A DNA stretch of 64,000 nt from the NCBI GenBank assembly GCA_038727515.1, contig JAVYVS010000005.1, forward strand, positions 48,609 through 112,608. The letters run 5' to 3'. This document shows positions 60,177 through 64,000 of this stretch, piece after piece; positions within the stretch are counted from its first letter, which is position 1; every line of letters starts with the position of its first letter. The notes below the pieces were generated by a model. The model saw only the letters and a list, made by a program, of their open reading frames with translations. It was not told the DNA's origin and made no database searches. This stretch comes from Candidatus Methanomethylicia archaeon (GTDB lineage Archaea; Thermoproteota; Methanomethylicia; Culexarchaeales; Culexarchaeaceae). Made by a program: the position numbers and the translations under genes.

Positions 60177-60289
60177 ATTGACTATAACTTTCTATAGTGT
60201 ATCTAGAATTCTAGGAAATTTTTCTATGTTTCTTAAATAATATTTATAAACGTAAATATTATATTTCCTTTAGGAAAGAGTTATTTGTA

Positions 60290-62350
60290 TTGGGGTGTGA
60301 TTTTATGTTGCTTTATCTAGCACCTTTTATTGGTTTAATTTCTGTTTTATTATCGTTTTATTTGTATAGTTATGTTATAAAGCAAGATCGTGGTACTGAA
60401 AGAATGAAGTATATTGCTGATGCTATAAAGGAAGGTGCTGAAGCATATCTTAAAAGGCAAAATAAAACTTTAGCTTTTTTCGTTATGGTTATGGCTATAG
60501 TTTTATTCTTCGTCTACCTTTTTTCTTCTAGAAGCGTTGTTTATGGTTTAAGTATGTCTATTGCATATGTTTTTGGCTCTATTTGTACTACAGTTGCTGC
60601 ATATTTCGGTATGAAAGCTGCTGTAGAAGCTAATGTTAGAACAACTAATGCTGCTAGAATTGGTATGAATAAAGCTTTTCCAATAGCTTTCTATGGTGGA
60701 GCTGTCATGGGTTTATTCATAGTTGGATTAGCCATTCTAGGAATAAGTTTACTATTCTTCATATACTACTTTATCTTTGGATGGAGTGATATTGAAGCTT
60801 CAACAATAGTTTTAGGTTTTAGCTTTGGTGCTAGTGCTCTTGCACTTTTCGCTAAAGCTGGTGGAGGAATATATACTAAAACTGCAGATATTAGTGCTGA
60901 TCTTGTGGGGAAAGTTGAACTTGGTATTCCAGAGGATGATCCACGTAATCCAGCTGTTATTGCAGATAATGTTGGTGATAATGTTGGTGATTGTGCTGGT
61001 ATGGGAGCAGATCTTATAGATTCATATATAGCTAGTATAGTGGCTAGTATGATTATTGGTGCAGAATTAGGTGAAAGGGTATTGATGACTTTACCATTAA
61101 TTATAGCGGCTATGGGGCTTATAGCATCTATAATTGGTGTGTTAATTGTTAGATTAAGTATTAAGGGTAATCCTGGGAAAACTCTTAATAGAGGATCTTT
61201 TTCAACTTGGATTTTATTTGGAGTCCTCCTCTTAATAGTAACATACTTCTCTGAACTTGGAAATAAATGGTTAGGGGTTTTCCTTCCAACTGCCGCTGGT
61301 TTAACTGCTGGAGTAATTATCGGTATAACTTCTGATTATTTCACTTCTATTGATAGATTTCCAGCAAAAAAGGTGGCTGAAGCATCAACAACTGGTGCTG
61401 CTATAAATATTTTAACAGGTTTCTCCTATGGTTTAATAAGTATAGTTCCACCAATTTTAGGTATATGTATAGCTACATTAGCTGCTTGGTATCTATCAAT
61501 ACAATTTAATGTTAATCCATTCTATGGAATAGCAATTTCAGCTGTAGGTATGCTTGCAACTGTTGGTATGACTATATCTGCAGATGCATATGGTCCTATA
61601 TCTGATAATTCCAAGGGTATAGCGGAACAATCTGGATTAAGTGAAGAAGTAATTGAAGTTTTAGATAAATTGGATGCTGCAGGTAATACGACTAAGGCTA
61701 TAACTAAGGGGTTTGCAATTGGTGCTGCAGCATTAACGGTATTAGCACTTTTTGCAGCTTATGCTCATTCAGTGGATATCACTATACTTGATTTAATGAA
61801 ACCAGAAGTTATTTCAGGTTTATTCTTGGGTGGTATGATGCCTCCACTACTTTCTGCACTATTAATATTGGCTGTAGGTAGAAACTCTGAGAGGATGATT
61901 GAAGAAATAAGACGGCAATTTAAAGAAATTCCAGGACTTATTGAAGGGAAATCCAAACCTGATTATGCTAGATGTGTAGATATAGCTACTAAAGGAGCTC
62001 TCAAAGAACTTATGCTACCATGCTCATTAGCCATAATAGTTCCAATATTAACACTAGTGTTTCTTGGGAAAGAGGCTCTTGCAAGTTTTCTAGCAGGAAG
62101 TATAATTACGGGTATAATATTTGCATTATTTATGGCGAATTCCGGAGGATTATGGGATAATGCAAAGAAATACATAGAATCTGGTATTTATGGTGGTAAG
62201 GGATCTGAAGCTCATAAAGCAGCTGTAATAGGAGATACTGTTGGCGATCCATTCAAGGATACTGCAGGTCCATCATTAAATACTATGATAACAGTGATGT
62301 CACTAGTGGCTGAAGTATTCGCACCATTACTCATCCTATTAACAACATAA
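60290..62350 (+). CDS. hppA: Membrane-bound H+-translocating pyrophosphatase, K+-independent type
   Basis: [35 protein letters not shown]; GNTTKAIT carries the Lys/Thr signature of K+ independence. Confidence 0.95.
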   Translation: MGCDFMLLYLAPFIGLISVLLSFYLYSYVIKQDRGTERMKYIADAIKEGAEAYLKRQNKTLAFFVMVMAIVLFFVYLFSSRSVVYGLSMSIAYVFGSICTTVAAYFGMKAAVEANVRTTNAARIGMNKAFPIAFYGGAVMGLFIVGLAILGISLLFFIYYFIFGWSDIEASTIVLGFSFGASALALFAKAGGGIYTKTADISADLVGKVELGIPEDDPRNPAVIADNVGDNVGDCAGMGADLIDSYIASIVASMIIGAELGERVLMTLPLIIAAMGLIASIIGVLIVRLSIKGNPGKTLNRGSFSTWILFGVLLLIVTYFSELGNKWLGVFLPTAAGLTAGVIIGITSDYFTSIDRFPAKKVAEASTTGAAINILTGFSYGLISIVPPILGICIATLAAWYLSIQFNVNPFYGIAISAVGMLATVGMTISADAYGPISDNSKGIAEQSGLSEEVIEVLDKLDAAGNTTKAITKGFAIGAAALTVLALFAAYAHSVDITILDLMKPEVISGLFLGGMMPPLLSALLILAVGRNSERMIEEIRRQFKEIPGLIEGKSKPDYARCVDIATKGALKELMLPCSLAIIVPILTLVFLGKEALASFLAGSIITGIIFALFMANSGGLWDNAKKYIESGIYGGKGSEAHKAAVIGDTVGDPFKDTAGPSLNTMITVMSLVAEVFAPLLILLTT

Positions 62351-62457
62351 ATCTTAAAACCCAGTATTCTTAACAATCAATTTTATCATTATCTATTGTA
62401 ATTCAAGCACAACCCTTTTAAATTAATAATCCTCATATAATCCTACAGTGATTCATA

Positions 62458-62601
62458 TTGGTAGAGGCATATTGTGTGAAATGTAAAGCGAAGAGAACGA
62501 TAGTTGACACAGAACAAGTGACTTTGAAAAATGGTAGACCTGCTATTCGTGGAAAATGCTCAGTATGTGGAACAACACTATATAGAATAGGGAAGTTATA
62601 A
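62458..62601 (+). CDS. 47-aa Zn-ribbon protein (DUF5679-like), absent from the ORF track
   Basis: TTG start; MVEAYCVKCKAKRTIVDTEQVTLKNGRPAIRGKCSVCGTTLYRIGKL with two CxxC. Confidence 0.85.
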   Translation: MVEAYCVKCKAKRTIVDTEQVTLKNGRPAIRGKCSVCGTTLYRIGKL

Positions 62602-62822
62602 GTGAATTAAACAAATCAAATAATTTTTTTAACGTTTTTATAAACAGTTGACTTTATTTTCCTCAAGGGTAATTCTTATAAAAATAATCTAAAAATGATT
62701 TTTTAAATAATTCATTTAAGTTTTCTCTAATACTTCCTTATATAAATGTCTCTAAAAATATTGTTGAAGAATCTAGGTAGAGAATAAGAATCTCTCTTTA
62801 GGGTATAAAAAAGGGTATAAAT

Positions 62823-63485
62823 TTAGTTATATTTTTTATAGCAGAACCACCAATCTATACACTTTATTTCTCCAGCCTTTTCTTGTTCTCTCCTCTTTAA
62901 GATCATGTCTATAGTGTTTGCTGGTGGGACTATTACATTATCGCCTATTATCTCATTATTTGGCCAATTAGCTGGTATAGCATAACCTTTATCGGCAATT
63001 TGAAGTGCCTTAACCATTCGAAGTATTTCATTCATGTTTCTACCGAGTTCCATCGGATAATAGAGTATTGCTCTAATAATACCCTTAGGGTCAACTATAA
63101 AGACTGCTCTAACAGTTTGCGTTCCTGCAGCTTGTTTATGGCGCATACCTAATCTTGCAGATATTTCACCAGCATTATCTGCAATTATTGGAAATTGTAT
63201 TTCTATGCCAAGTTTTTCTTTAATCCATTCTTCCCATTTTAGATGTGCAAAAACCTGGTCTATACTCAATCCTATCAACTCACAATTTAACTTCTTGAAT
63301 TCTTCATATCGTTTTTGAAATGCAACAAATTCTGTAGTACATACTGGCGTGAAATCCGCTGGGTGACTAAACAAAATAAACCATTTGCCACTATAATCTT
63401 CTGGAAGTTTAATTATACCCCTAGTAGTTCTAACTTCCATATGAGGGAAACTATCACCTATTAATGGCATTTTATACTCTTCCAT
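62823..63485 (-). CDS. Peroxiredoxin (Prx6/TDXH type)
   Basis: [31 protein letters not shown]. Confidence 0.95.
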   Translation of the reverse strand: MEEYKMPLIGDSFPHMEVRTTRGIIKLPEDYSGKWFILFSHPADFTPVCTTEFVAFQKRYEEFKKLNCELIGLSIDQVFAHLKWEEWIKEKLGIEIQFPIIADNAGEISARLGMRHKQAAGTQTVRAVFIVDPKGIIRAILYYPMELGRNMNEILRMVKALQIADKGYAIPANWPNNEIIGDNVIVPPANTIDMILKRREQEKAGEIKCIDWWFCYKKYN

Positions 63486-63560
63486 AAATTCACCGATAAA
63501 AATTGAAATATGAAAATCTAAATATAAGATTTTCCCTACGAAAACCCGGATTCCAAATTA

Positions 63561-64000
63561 TTGCACATATATCCAATAGATCCTGAGGGATATCATCTCG
63601 AAGAGTGGCACGCTAGGTTAAAGAGCCTTACAGTGGGTAAGGGTGGAGATATTCTCATTAGGCTCGATAAGCAGGAGATAAATATTCCAATACCAGTTAG
63701 CTACGACTACTCTGATAAATCATTAAAGACTAAATTTAAGGATTTACATACCTTTGGGAGTTTTAAGAAGGACATTAAGGTTTTCTCTTGTAGAGGAAGA
63801 TTGCCTGAAACTACCAACGTAAGTTTCTGCGAGTATCTTAGTTGGAATGAGAAGAATAAGGTAATGGCTCTCTTCGGTGGGAAGAACGGCGAAGTCATAC
63901 GCCTCTATAGGCATCAACTTGAAGCGCTAAGAATACTTGAGGAGTCAGGACCAGAAAGGCTTTGCCTAATACTTGCATCCGGAATGGCTAGTGGAAAAAC
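63561..64000 (+). CDS. 5' part of an SF2 DEAD/DEAH helicase (YprA/MrfA/Hrq1/DrmB-like), runs off the window
   Basis: Frame open from 63528 to the window end; Q motif LYRHQLEAL followed by Walker A-like ASGMASGK(T). Confidence 0.7.
   Translation, partial: MHIYPIDPEGYHLEEWHARLKSLTVGKGGDILIRLDKQEINIPIPVSYDYSDKSLKTKFKDLHTFGSFKKDIKVFSCRGRLPETTNVSFCEYLSWNEKNKVMALFGGKNGEVIRLYRHQLEALRILEESGPERLCLILASGMASGK

Noticed and set aside
2333-62175. Numerous 60-180 aa ORFs antisense to or nested in identified genes
   Set aside because: Shadow frames with F/S/I/L-biased composition and no motifs.
63707-63898. 63-aa minus-strand ORF in the track
   Set aside because: Antisense to the helicase frame, which carries recognisable motifs.
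1-64000. CRISPR arrays, IS elements, rRNA genes, and inteins in mcm/rfc
   Set aside because: No regularly spaced repeats, transposase motifs or long GC-rich RNA blocks seen; MCM and RFC have normal lengths.

Overview
AT-rich (roughly 30% GC by eye) archaeal chromosomal segment. Gene content and synteny suggest TACK/Thermoproteota (short Xpf, gins23-mcm, exosome superoperon); a Methanomethylicia/Culexarchaeia-like lineage is plausible but only inferred. Most of the window is housekeeping: the pop5-psmA-sbds-rrp4/41/42-rpl37ae-brix-pcc1-pfdB superoperon, an ECF transporter, a 2-oxoacid:ferredoxin oxidoreductase, EF-2, pelota, a tRNA-maturation cluster (trm11, rnz, thpR, cca), hel308-mcm-gins, rfcS/L, truA-moaA-moaC-cdc6, a K+-independent membrane PPase and a peroxiredoxin. 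There are three tRNAs: Gly-GCC with an 18-nt BHB intron at 45/46, Pro-GGG and Gly-CCC. Less ordinary content: (1) a ~13 kb divergent type IV pilus-like locus (31.7-44.8 kb) with ATPase, platform protein, a ~1000-aa Ig-repeat surface protein, six pilin-like genes, and a divergent coiled-coil / wHTH-beta-barrel / pilin operon; (2) three unannotated box C/D guide sRNAs, with guides matching the 23S peptidyl-transferase centre and tRNA wobble positions; (3) three minus-strand genes, including hel308, that appear to start at SD-led ATT/ATA codons; (4) an Sm-HTH fusion, a degenerate Q-salvage-like protein and a 47-aa Zn-ribbon ORF missing from the ORF track; (5) a higher-GC YprA/DrmB-like helicase starting at the right edge. 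All calls come from motif reading and recall; no searches were run.
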